The notes under the pieces were generated by a model. The model searched no databases, was not told the origin of the DNA, and saw nothing but the letters and a program-made list of their open reading frames with translations. From an uncultured Pirellulaceae bacterium (GTDB lineage: Bacteria > Planctomycetota > Planctomycetia > Pirellulales > Pirellulaceae), in the NCBI GenBank assembly GCA_938091115.1, contig CALKNI010000005.1, positions 289-64,288 of the forward strand: a stretch of 64,000 nucleotides of DNA. The letters run 5' to 3'. The position numbers were made by a program, and so were the translations under genes. Numbering within the stretch: the stretch's first letter is position 1; every line of letters begins with the position of its first letter. Below are positions 1 to 9,616 of the stretch, piece after piece.

Positions 1-65
1 CTTCCGCCGCAATGATTGGCTGTGCGCTGGTTGGATTGATTGCCAGACGGCGAAGAAGAGCGTAG
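1..65 (+). CDS. 3' end of a probable PEP-CTERM sorting-domain protein (partial, begins before the window)
   Basis: Frame from nt 3 reads SAAMIGCALVGLIARRRRRA*: a hydrophobic helix plus five Arg at the C-terminus, typical of the PEP-CTERM tail. The PEP motif itself would lie before nt 1. An exosortase is present in the same locus. Confidence 0.7.
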   Translation, partial: SAAMIGCALVGLIARRRRRA

Positions 66-90
66 CGTAAAGAACCATACATTTCTAAAG

Positions 91-116
91 AGCCAGCCTA
101 GTTGCTGGCTTTTTTT
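91..116 (+). terminator. Rho-independent terminator
   Basis: AGCCAGC-ctagtt-GCTGGCT 7-bp stem followed by a T run, 25 nt after the stop codon at 63-65. Confidence 0.85.
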
Positions 117-395
117 ATGCGCATTCAATGCGATTGCCATTAAGATCGGTAAAACCGATTTTCAAAATTTAAAAGGGACTTAATTCATTGCTTTTCAGCA
201 TCTATCCCATTGGAATTCCGTTGTTTATGAGACAATAGGCTTTCTTAAACTCCATGGACGCGAAATGCAGATTATTAGTAAATCTGTCCTCGGAGTCGTT
301 CTTCCTAATTAAGCACACTGGCCATTTTTAGTCCCCCGATCCTTTCGGTTGTAAATTAGCATTGTTGAGTTTGCCCGCTTTCTATTAACACTCTT

Positions 396-2264
396 ATGTC
401 AGATCCTCATCAGAACAATCAAAAAATTGACCCAAAAGCGATTGAGCGTTTGGAGGATGATTGGGATTACGATTCCCTTGAAACCGAGGGCGGCTACAAG
501 GGGTTCAATTTTTCAGTAAAAGGGTTGTCTAATTTCATAATCCGCGTGATTCGTACTCCGCTTCGTACGACCAGCAATGACATCCAAAACCATTTATCAG
601 ATGCGGATGACAATGACGAGTATTTGTCACCCGACGAACCACAGGAAACGTTTTTTCTGCAACTCATTTCCTTACCAGGAAAGCTGATATTCTCTCCTCT
701 AAGCCTTCTCGGCTTATTCTACGTTTCGTGGTTACACACCGACGAACTAGATCACAATCTCAATACAAAAGAGCAGAGTAGCAAGCTTTTGGGCCGCATG
801 CTCATTTTGCTGATTTTAATCCTACTGTTCCCGTTTCGGCTCTTATTTGCCGTGCTCTCCGTACTGACAGGTTTCTTCGATGGCCGGAAGACAGAGGCTC
901 TGTTTATACTCCCATCATTTTTAATGGTAAGCCTCTTTAGTTACGTAATTTTCTACCAGCTGACTGGATCAGACCGCATTCAAGAGCGATATCAATTTTA
1001 CGCCGTCGAGGCAATGACAGAAAATGACTTTGCTCGCGCCAAGACTTTCTTCAAACGGCTCAAATTGATGAAAGACTTGGATCCTGGTGAACAGTATCTA
1101 TGGGCGAAAATTTTAAATCAAACTGGTGAGCCAGACCTTGCGGAACAGATTATCAACTCGCTCGCTCCAGAAAACTCGATTGGCTTTCCACCTGCGCACA
1201 CTCTCAAAGCCCTTTCTTTAGCGCGCTTGATTAACACCGCAGAAGGCAGAAGCCAACTCGCTTCGCTTCACTGGCATTTGCAAAATGCGGATGGTAATTC
1301 TGATGATTTTACGCAGGCGTGGGTTAGTTACTATTTGGCTACTGAAGAATGGAACTTGGCGGCTGAAAAATTAGAAATTGCAGCACAAAATAATCCACTC
1401 TTTTACGAAGCTCTCCATCGCGTCTATCTCGTACAAGGAAAAAAAGCTGAGAGCGAATTTTTACTTAAGAAGGCAGACAAAGCATTTCAAGAATATTTAA
1501 AAGAGAACCCTGTCGACGTAAAGGCGAGAATCGGCTGGGCCTGGGTAGCCACTAACATGGAAGATTTTGCGAAGGCTGAGAAAATTTTACTACAAGGAAA
1601 ACGGATCAATAACGACGCTTCGATTAATCGAGCGCTTTCTGACTTTTACATCCTGCAGCAAATCCGAGCCCAACAAAACGGGACTGATCTGAGCCAACAA
1701 CTTCAATTTTTGAATCTGGCACAAAAATCAGACCCGAGCTACGCGAATGTTTACTCCAGAATGATGGAAATTTTCGTCCGTGGAGGAAGAGACGAGAAAA
1801 GTCGATCGGAAATCCGGAAAAAATTGCAACAGGTCGTCGCCAGTGAACAGTCCTCTCCTATGGCGCACTTCGCGCTTAGTAATATCATTTTCCAAGACGG
1901 TGATGAAAAAACAGCAATTTTCCATCTAGAACAAGCCTATCAGATGGACAGTTCGCTCATCTCAGTAATGAACAATCTCGCCTGGATGTTAGCTCACTCC
2001 GAATCACCAGATCTCGATCGTGCTTTAGATTTGGCGACGGCTGCAGTCAGGCGCGTACCCAAGGACGCTCGATGTCGAGATACGCTGGGGACGATTTTGA
2101 TGAAACTTGGCCGCAACAAAGAGGCGATCTCTCATTTAGAAATGGCTCTATCGGGGGCGACCAACAAGCAGGCCGTACATCAAAAGCTATCTGCCACCTA
2201 TAAATCTATCGGTATGGATGAACTCTCGCGAATTCACGAGAAAGCCTCCCTCAATCCCAATTAA
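396..2264 (+). CDS. Membrane-anchored tetratricopeptide repeat protein
   Basis: Acidic N-terminus, hydrophobic segments at about aa 90-190, then TPR-like helices (AHFALSNI, VMNNLAWMLA, RDTLGTILMKLGRNKEAISHLEMAL). Confidence 0.85.
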   Translation: MSDPHQNNQKIDPKAIERLEDDWDYDSLETEGGYKGFNFSVKGLSNFIIRVIRTPLRTTSNDIQNHLSDADDNDEYLSPDEPQETFFLQLISLPGKLIFSPLSLLGLFYVSWLHTDELDHNLNTKEQSSKLLGRMLILLILILLFPFRLLFAVLSVLTGFFDGRKTEALFILPSFLMVSLFSYVIFYQLTGSDRIQERYQFYAVEAMTENDFARAKTFFKRLKLMKDLDPGEQYLWAKILNQTGEPDLAEQIINSLAPENSIGFPPAHTLKALSLARLINTAEGRSQLASLHWHLQNADGNSDDFTQAWVSYYLATEEWNLAAEKLEIAAQNNPLFYEALHRVYLVQGKKAESEFLLKKADKAFQEYLKENPVDVKARIGWAWVATNMEDFAKAEKILLQGKRINNDASINRALSDFYILQQIRAQQNGTDLSQQLQFLNLAQKSDPSYANVYSRMMEIFVRGGRDEKSRSEIRKKLQQVVASEQSSPMAHFALSNIIFQDGDEKTAIFHLEQAYQMDSSLISVMNNLAWMLAHSESPDLDRALDLATAAVRRVPKDARCRDTLGTILMKLGRNKEAISHLEMALSGATNKQAVHQKLSATYKSIGMDELSRIHEKASLNPN

Positions 2265-2432
2265 TCAATGCTTCGGGTTTCTCTCTGTTTAATTGCTTGC
2301 TCCTCAACATTTACTTTTGTTTTTCCTGAATCGGAAAACGCATGACGAAAAACAGTAGATAAATTCATCACGGGACAAAAAAGCTAAATTGGAATTTAAG
2401 GAATATCCAATCGTTGATCAAATGGCGCTACA

Positions 2433-2957
2433 CTATTCAGCGGTCATTGTTTTGAGGCCGTTAAGAGCTTCCAAGCATACCGACTCTACCGATTGATCAA
2501 TATTCACGATCGCAACCCCGTCTTCGTCACTTGGGCGTTGAAGATCCTCGAACTGGCTCCGCAGCAGTTTAGAAGGCATGAAGTGACCTTCTCTTTTTTC
2601 GAGCCGCGTTTTAATAATCGCCTCGCTTCCATCAAGAAAAATAAAATACACAGGTGCAGCGATCAAACGTAATTGGTCACGATAGCTCTGCTTCAAAGCA
2701 GAACAAGCAACGATTAGAGAATCTCCATTCGCTAATGTACTTTCAGCTTGCTCAGCTATCGCAGCCAGCCATGGCCGCCGAGCGTAGTCATCGAGCTGCT
2801 CGCCGTTCTTCATTCGAGCTATATTCTGTGACGGGTGAAGATCATCTCCATCGACAAATTCGTGGCCAGTCTTATTGCCCAGCCATTTTCCAACAAGCGT
2901 CTTTCCACTTCCCGAAACGCCCATCACTACAACCAGGTAAGCCAAAGCATGCTCCAT
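2433..2957 (-). CDS. gntK: Gluconokinase (GntK/IdnK family)
   Basis: MGVSGSGKT P-loop, DGDDLHP, ACSALKQSYR, HFMPSKLLRSQF motifs. Confidence 0.92.
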   Translation of the reverse strand: MEHALAYLVVVMGVSGSGKTLVGKWLGNKTGHEFVDGDDLHPSQNIARMKNGEQLDDYARRPWLAAIAEQAESTLANGDSLIVACSALKQSYRDQLRLIAAPVYFIFLDGSEAIIKTRLEKREGHFMPSKLLRSQFEDLQRPSDEDGVAIVNIDQSVESVCLEALNGLKTMTAE

Positions 2958-3220
2958 AAATTAGGGAAAATAGGAAGTGCACCTAATGCTATTTTCCCCA
3001 TTTAGCCAAACTAATCAACTCACATTTATGGGAGCCCAATCTCTTGCTACCTTAACAAAGTTAGACAGTCACATATCTTCAGCAGAGTTAAAAAGACCCC
3101 CATTCGGCCAGCAACTCGATTGGCGGATTAAAACCTTGGTGAGTTGCCTTGTAAGATTTGCTAGAACCTGTCAAAAATTAGGTTCAGCGCCGCCTTCACC
3201 AATTACTGGAACCAATCTAA

Positions 3221-3781
3221 ATGCCTATCCTCGGTAAAGAGAATGATATCTTTCCAAGTGACCTCTTGGCCAACGATGTCTTTCTAGATAATGAGGATCG
3301 GCAATGGTGGTGTGTATACACCCTTTCTCGCCGAGAAAAAGACTTAATGCGAAAGCTGGCGGCGTTCAAAGTCGCCCACTATAGCCCGGTCATTCCAAAA
3401 CGTTACCGATCGCCCAATGGCCGGCTGCGTACTTCCTACGTTCCCCTGTTTCCCAATTATGTTTTCATGTTCGGTACTGAAGAAGATCGGTACGAGGCAA
3501 TGACAACCAACTGCATTTCGAAATGCAGCCTGATTCAAGATCGCGAGCAACTGGTTCACGACTTAAGACAGATACATTACGTCATTGATTCTGGAGTCGC
3601 CCTTACCCCGGAGTCTCGGCTGGAACCTGGAAACAAAGTGCGTGTTAAAACAGGCCCCTTCGCCAAATACGAAGGCACAGTCATTCGTAGAGAAGGTAAA
3701 ACCCGCCTGCTTCTGTCCATCAAATTCATTGAGCAGTGCGTTTCAATGGAAATGGACGAAGGACTCCTAGAGCCCGTATAA
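3221..3781 (+). CDS. NusG-paralog transcription antiterminator (RfaH/UpxY family)
   Basis: NGN domain (WWCVYTLSRREK...PLFPNYVF) plus KOW domain (GNKVRVKTGPFAKYEGTV); first gene ahead of a polysaccharide cluster. Confidence 0.9.
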   Translation: MPILGKENDIFPSDLLANDVFLDNEDRQWWCVYTLSRREKDLMRKLAAFKVAHYSPVIPKRYRSPNGRLRTSYVPLFPNYVFMFGTEEDRYEAMTTNCISKCSLIQDREQLVHDLRQIHYVIDSGVALTPESRLEPGNKVRVKTGPFAKYEGTVIRREGKTRLLLSIKFIEQCVSMEMDEGLLEPV

Positions 3782-3824
3782 ATCTCGCTTACCCCAAACT
3801 TCGCAGTCGCTCATGCCAACTGAA

Positions 3825-3845
3825 GGCCTCGATGATATCGAGGCC
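3825..3845 (+). other. Perfect 9-bp hairpin in the leader between the antiterminator gene and rfbB
   Basis: GGCCTCGAT-gat-ATCGAGGCC, no U-tract; flanked by CATGCCAA at 3812-3819 and 3850-3857. Confidence 0.55.
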
Positions 3846-4134
3846 AAGCCATGCCAAGACGCAGCCTTCTCGCTAGTATATTTTCAATCGGCATAATCGG
3901 TATTAAGAGAACGTTTTCTCGACTTCCGTATCCCTTGAGCGTGTCAGCTTTTTCTATCTGTTGTTAAGGTGGATACTAGCGAAAACCCTCGATTCATTTG
4001 TCGATTACAGCGTCTGCGCCGTGTTAGGTTTCACTTTTAATCATCGGTGTCACCGACAGGGACGGAGTCCGCGCAATTGGCTCAAGTTGCTTTATTGCAT
4101 CTAATAATTCGCCCCCGATTATTCTCCACAGACT

Positions 4135-5190
4135 GTGAAAAAAATACTCATTACTGGAGGTGCTGGTTTCATCGGCTCCAACTTGATTCGCCATCTTTAC
4201 GAGACAACAAACTATCAAATAATCAACCTCGATAAACTCACTTACGCCAGCAATTTAAACTCCCTCGACGAGATAAAGAATAGCTCTCGTTATCAGTTTT
4301 TAAAAATCGATATTGCTGAACCCCAACAATTGACAGAAGCATTTGAGCTTTCCCCCGATGCCATCATCCACCTCGCATCAGAAACTCATGTTGATCGTTC
4401 GATTAATAATGCTGCGACTTTCATCAAGACAAATATCGTAGGAACTTATAACCTATTGCAACAGTCGCGACAGCTTTACCAATCCCTTACTGGATTACGG
4501 AAACGCGAGTTTCGATTTTTCCATGTTTCCACAGATGAAGTTCATGGCTCACTTAAATCGCAGGAACCTCGGTTTACTGAGGCTACGCCCTACGATCCCC
4601 ATTCTCCATACTCGGCCAGTAAAGCCTCTGCTGACCATCTCGTTCGAGCTTGGCACGCGACTTACCAACTGCCAATTTTGATCACACATAGTTCTAACAA
4701 CTACGGTCCGTATCAACATTCCGAGAAATTAATTCCAAAAATCATCTCGAATGCAATCCAATTAAAGCCCATTACACTCTATGGTGACGGCACTAACATT
4801 CGTGATTGGATCCACGTTTCCGATCATGTAGCAGCGACTCTCGCAATACTAAAAAATGGAAGGCCGGGCGAAACCTACAATGTCGGTGCCAATTTCGAAC
4901 AAACCAACATGGAAATAGCGTTGCAGGTTTGTAATGTTTTAGATGGTCTCTATCCGATTTCCCAAAACCCTCGCTTCGATTTTAGTTCGTCTCAAACTAG
5001 TGTTCCTTTAGCATCTTACGGGCAGCTAATACGCTTGGTTGAGGACCGGCCCGGCCATGATTTTCGCTACGCGAATGATTGCTCAAAAATAGGTGATGAA
5101 CTGGGGTGGAAGCCACAGCACACTCACCCAGAAAGTCTCGCGGATACCGTGAAATGGTATCTCCAGAATCAAAAAATGGCCAGCAAATAA
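4135..5190 (+). CDS. rfbB: dTDP-glucose 4,6-dehydratase
   Basis: GGAGFIG, DKLTYA, HLASETHVDRSI, STDEV, YSASK, DRPGHD; GTG start. Confidence 0.93.
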   Translation: MKKILITGGAGFIGSNLIRHLYETTNYQIINLDKLTYASNLNSLDEIKNSSRYQFLKIDIAEPQQLTEAFELSPDAIIHLASETHVDRSINNAATFIKTNIVGTYNLLQQSRQLYQSLTGLRKREFRFFHVSTDEVHGSLKSQEPRFTEATPYDPHSPYSASKASADHLVRAWHATYQLPILITHSSNNYGPYQHSEKLIPKIISNAIQLKPITLYGDGTNIRDWIHVSDHVAATLAILKNGRPGETYNVGANFEQTNMEIALQVCNVLDGLYPISQNPRFDFSSSQTSVPLASYGQLIRLVEDRPGHDFRYANDCSKIGDELGWKPQHTHPESLADTVKWYLQNQKMASK

Positions 5191-5303
5191 GCCCAGAATT
5201 TTAGTCCGCTCTTATTATAAAGGCACTCCATCCATTTCTACAAATTGGCTATGATGACCAGATCTAATCGTCGTCATATGTTTTCAAATAAGTAAAGTCA
5301 ACT

Positions 5304-6278
5304 TTGAATTCACCTTCTCAATTCGAATCTTTACGCTCGCAACGCATCTACGTAGCTGGTCATCGTGGAATGGTAGGCAAAGCGTTACTGCGCGCCTTAG
5401 AGGCCAACCGCGTCGACGACGTAATTTGTAAAACCAGAAATGAACTGGATTTATGTGACCAACAATCAGTCCGTGATTTTTTCGCGACTGAACGCCCTGA
5501 TTGCGTTCTCTTTGCTGCAGCAAAAGTGGGCGGCATTCACTCCAACCACACTTATCCAGCCGAATTCATCTACCAAAACCTTTCGATGGCAACCAATGCG
5601 ATTCACGCAGCATTCGAAAACAAGGTTCCCCGATTCCTTTTTCTTGGAAGCACGTGCATCTACCCACGCATGGCCCCTCAACCAATGCCAGAAACCTGTC
5701 TGCTAAACGGACATCTTGAAGAGACAAATGAAGCCTATGCCATCGCGAAAATCGCCGGCTTGAAAATGTGCGAATTTTACCGCAAACAATACGGCGTAAC
5801 ATTCCACTCGGCGATGCCAACCAACCTGTATGGACCGGGCGACAACTACCATCCAGAAAATTCCCACGTTCTGCCAGCATTAATCCGTCGTTTCCATGAA
5901 GCAAAAGAGAGCGGATCGCCCGAAGTCGTTATTTGGGGAACTGGTTCACCCCGACGCGAATTTCTTCACGTCGATGATCTAGCCAACGGGGTGCTCCACC
6001 TATGCTCCCTTTCCAATCCACCTGATTTAGTCAATATCGGAACTGGTAATGACGTTACGATCCTTGAGTTAGCCACCCAGATTGCGGACGTCGTCTGCTA
6101 TCAGGGAGAAATTAAAACCGACCCAACACGTCCCGATGGCACGCCGGTTAAACGCACAGACATGAATTTAATGCACTCTACAGGCTGGAATGCAAAAATT
6201 TCTCTACAGGAAGGTCTGAAAATGACCTACGACCATTTTCTGCAAGAGGCACAAGATGGTAAACTGCGAGCAGTTTGA
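5304..6278 (+). CDS. fcl: GDP-L-fucose synthase
   Basis: [58 protein letters not shown]; TTG start. Confidence 0.95.
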   Translation: MNSPSQFESLRSQRIYVAGHRGMVGKALLRALEANRVDDVICKTRNELDLCDQQSVRDFFATERPDCVLFAAAKVGGIHSNHTYPAEFIYQNLSMATNAIHAAFENKVPRFLFLGSTCIYPRMAPQPMPETCLLNGHLEETNEAYAIAKIAGLKMCEFYRKQYGVTFHSAMPTNLYGPGDNYHPENSHVLPALIRRFHEAKESGSPEVVIWGTGSPRREFLHVDDLANGVLHLCSLSNPPDLVNIGTGNDVTILELATQIADVVCYQGEIKTDPTRPDGTPVKRTDMNLMHSTGWNAKISLQEGLKMTYDHFLQEAQDGKLRAV

Positions 6279-6364
6279 TTGGGTGGCCTTCTACTCCGCA
6301 GGGCATCATCGAATTCAAAACGCCATTTCCGAACCATTTTACATTTTTCTAAGCTGAAAACTAA

Positions 6365-7384
6365 ATGACCAAAAAAGCACTGATTACTGGAATCACAGGA
6401 CAGGACGGATCTTATCTTGCTGAGCTTTTGCTGGAGAAAGGTTATGAAGTCCATGGAATTGTTCGTCGTAGCAGCAGCTTCAATACAGATCGTATTGACC
6501 ATATTTACCGAGATCCCCACGAAACTGATGCAAAGCTGTTCCTCCATTATGGCGATTTGACGGACGGCCAGAATCTCACCAATCTTGTTCTCGATGTTAA
6601 ACCCGACGAAATCTATAACCTCGGTGCCCAAAGCCACGTTCGCGTATCGTTTGACGCGCCCGCCTACACGGTTCAAGTCGTAGGAATTGGAGCACTCAAC
6701 GTTCTCGAAGCTGCGCGGCAATTGAACAAAAACCATCTGACTAAAGTTTACCAGGCATCTTCTTCGGAAATGTATGGTGACGTCATTGAGACACCCCAAA
6801 CCGAATCGACTCCTTTTCAACCACAGAGCCCTTACGCCTGTGCGAAGGTTTATGCATTCCACCAAACCGTCAATTACCGACACGCCTACGATTTATTCGC
6901 TGTCAATGGAATTCTCTTTAACCATGAATCACCTCGCCGCGGTGAGACCTTTGTAACTCGAAAAATTACGCGGGCCGCGACGCGTATTAAACTTGGCCTG
7001 CAAAGTAAACTCTTCCTTGGAAACCTCGATGCCAAGCGCGACTGGGGTTATGCCAAAGATTACGTTGAAGGTATGTGGCGCATGCTGCAGCACTCAGAAC
7101 CCGACGATTTTGTTTTAGCAACAGGCGAAACACAGACCATTCGTCAGTTTCTCGATTATTCGTTTGGGCGGCTCGACTTGGACTGGGCTAAATACGTGGA
7201 AATCGACCCGCGGTATTTCCGACCTACCGAAGTCAATTTGCTGCTCGGTGATGCGTCAAAGGCCAAAGATCTTCTTGGTTGGACGCCTGAGACTAGCTGC
7301 AAAGAGCTCGCCGAAATCATGGTTGACCACGATCTCGAGCTCGCCCGGCACGAAGCAACACAAGCGAGCTTATCCGACAGTTAG
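6365..7384 (+). CDS. gmd: GDP-mannose 4,6-dehydratase
   Basis: [43 protein letters not shown]. Confidence 0.97.
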   Translation: MTKKALITGITGQDGSYLAELLLEKGYEVHGIVRRSSSFNTDRIDHIYRDPHETDAKLFLHYGDLTDGQNLTNLVLDVKPDEIYNLGAQSHVRVSFDAPAYTVQVVGIGALNVLEAARQLNKNHLTKVYQASSSEMYGDVIETPQTESTPFQPQSPYACAKVYAFHQTVNYRHAYDLFAVNGILFNHESPRRGETFVTRKITRAATRIKLGLQSKLFLGNLDAKRDWGYAKDYVEGMWRMLQHSEPDDFVLATGETQTIRQFLDYSFGRLDLDWAKYVEIDPRYFRPTEVNLLLGDASKAKDLLGWTPETSCKELAEIMVDHDLELARHEATQASLSDS

Positions 7385-7429
7385 TCGAGATATACTTACC
7401 CCTCTGCCGACTCGAAAGTATGTCTAGGA

Positions 7430-9535
7430 TTGAGAGAAAAAATTCACGCATCGCGAACAATGCAAAATAATTTCATTTTTCGATCAAGACCCTTTGGGAT
7501 CCGGCTAATTTTTTTTCTACTGTTTGCGGCGGTCATTTCGGATCGCCAGCTACAAGCCGAGGGTGAAAATCTGATCCTTGTAGTGAATTCCTCCTCAGCG
7601 GATTCACTGGCAGTCGCAAACCGCTACATCAAACTTCGCAATATACCCCCTTTAAACGTTGTTTATATTGATAGCTTTAAAATCCTGCCGAACATGGATG
7701 GAGAGAGTGCCCATGTTAAGTATTTTGAATCTCAAGTACTAAACCCCGTTTTAGAGGCGATTGAAAAAAGAGGATTACGACCCCAAATTCAATATATTGT
7801 TTACTCCGCTGGCTTTCCTACACGCGTAAACTGCCAACCTCAAATTGGAAAATTTCTTAAAGCCACTGATCAAAAGTACGACATTCACTTCCATGCTCCA
7901 TGGGTCTCTTTAACCAGTGCTACTTTTTTTCACGAGAACATTTTCTCCGACGCACCGGATTTTGTTCGACTAGATGGCAATCATTATGCAACTCATCGAA
8001 CAGGTGATTTATTTAAAAACCCATTTGTTGGTAGCTCCGAGGCAGAATTCGATTCAGGAATTACTGCCCTGCGACAGGGACATTACCCAACTGCCATCGC
8101 TAAGTTCGATTCACTCGTAGCAAAAAACCCTCAGCAGCCAATCGTTCGTTTCTTTTTAGCAAAAGTTTTTTCCAGCGCAGGGCAATTAGAAAAAGCTAAT
8201 CAACAACTTCAAGTTTGCAAGAAACTGGGCTGGAGCTACCCCGAGGCTATCCTTACGGACGCAGCATTTGCTCCTTTGAAATCGACTCGTGAATTTAATA
8301 ATCTCTTGGAAGAAATGGATTCCAAGCCACCCAGCGTTCGCAGCAGCCGCAGCTTTAGTTCTGGTGAGTTCTGGGCCAGCAACGGCTCAGCGGAACAAGG
8401 TCAGCGGTACGTGCTTTCCACGATGCTTGCAGTGACTGGACCGAATTCATCGAGTCTTGGTCAAGCGTTCAAGCAACTGGAAACCGGTGCTCAAGCAGAT
8501 GGCTCAAAACCTCAAGGGACTTTCTTTTTTGCAGACCATGGAGACATTAGATCCAAAGTTCGGAAAAACACATTCCAAGCTGCTGCCAATCAGTTGATAG
8601 CAATGGGTTTTGAAGTCGATATATCGAATTTCACAGCACCTAAAAATCAACAAAACATCTTAGGTGCCACGCTCGGAAGTCCCGTGGTTGACTGGAAATC
8701 AACAAAGAGCAAATTTGCTCCCGGCGCGCTGTGTGATAATTTTACCAGTTACGGTGGTTGGTGGGCAAAAGCATCCCAAACTCAGCTATCTGATTTTCTT
8801 AACGCAGGGGCAGCAGGGGCAAGCGGCACTGTCTACGAGCCATATACAATACCGGCAAAATTCCCTGGAGCTGATTTACATGTCCATTATGCAAAGGGAT
8901 TTTCACTTGCCGAAGCGTTCTATCAATCCGTCCCGTGTCCGTTTCAGTTACTGATTGTTGGCGATCCACTGTGTCGTCCATTTGGACAATTTCCCTCCTT
9001 CGATGTCGCTGGCTTATTAGACCGCTCTGTCGTAAAGTCCAGCTTTGAAGTCCAACTCACTAACACAGACTCCGACACACCCATTCGCCATTTTGAATTA
9101 TTCCTAGATGGCAAACTAATCAGCAAAACTGATGGTAAGCCGTCATTTCTATTCGAGCTATCGACACTCTCAGAGGGCTACCATGACTTGCGTGTAGTAG
9201 CTGTCGCTAACACTCCCGCTGCAGCCACAACGAGCAAACAGCTTGAGTTCTTCGTACGCACCAAAGGGGAGCATGTCAAACTGGTTCTCAACCAAAAAAC
9301 CACCAACTTAGGTCAACCAATTTCTATCGAAGCCATCGCGTCTAACAAACAAACCGTCAAAATTCTCCATAACTCTCGAGTTGTCGCGAATATTAAATCA
9401 GGATCTTCTGGCGAAATCGACTCGAAAACTCTTGGTCAGGGTCGTTCCAATCTTTACGGCGTTATTCAAGTGAACGGCAAGAGTATTACTAGTGTCCCCG
9501 TGGCCGTCGATGTCCTACCTGATCCCAATAAATAA
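7430..9535 (+). CDS. TIGR03790-like exported protein with internal TPR and C-terminal Ig-like beta domains (start TTG 7430 or ATG 7460)
   Basis: Signal peptide; LVVNSSSADSLAVANRYIKLRNIP N-terminal motif; PGALCDNFTSYGG, GASGTVYEPY, SLAEAFYQS...IVGDPLCRPF; TPR-like insert at about aa 205-280. Confidence 0.75.
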   Translation: MREKIHASRTMQNNFIFRSRPFGIRLIFFLLFAAVISDRQLQAEGENLILVVNSSSADSLAVANRYIKLRNIPPLNVVYIDSFKILPNMDGESAHVKYFESQVLNPVLEAIEKRGLRPQIQYIVYSAGFPTRVNCQPQIGKFLKATDQKYDIHFHAPWVSLTSATFFHENIFSDAPDFVRLDGNHYATHRTGDLFKNPFVGSSEAEFDSGITALRQGHYPTAIAKFDSLVAKNPQQPIVRFFLAKVFSSAGQLEKANQQLQVCKKLGWSYPEAILTDAAFAPLKSTREFNNLLEEMDSKPPSVRSSRSFSSGEFWASNGSAEQGQRYVLSTMLAVTGPNSSSLGQAFKQLETGAQADGSKPQGTFFFADHGDIRSKVRKNTFQAAANQLIAMGFEVDISNFTAPKNQQNILGATLGSPVVDWKSTKSKFAPGALCDNFTSYGGWWAKASQTQLSDFLNAGAAGASGTVYEPYTIPAKFPGADLHVHYAKGFSLAEAFYQSVPCPFQLLIVGDPLCRPFGQFPSFDVAGLLDRSVVKSSFEVQLTNTDSDTPIRHFELFLDGKLISKTDGKPSFLFELSTLSEGYHDLRVVAVANTPAAATTSKQLEFFVRTKGEHVKLVLNQKTTNLGQPISIEAIASNKQTVKILHNSRVVANIKSGSSGEIDSKTLGQGRSNLYGVIQVNGKSITSVPVAVDVLPDPNK

Positions 9536-9616
9536 TTCCGTCGCTAACAACCTAATAACCAACAATCTGCGCGCCTTCATCAAATCTCGGAAGTTTTACT
9601 TCGGGTAGGACTCGCT

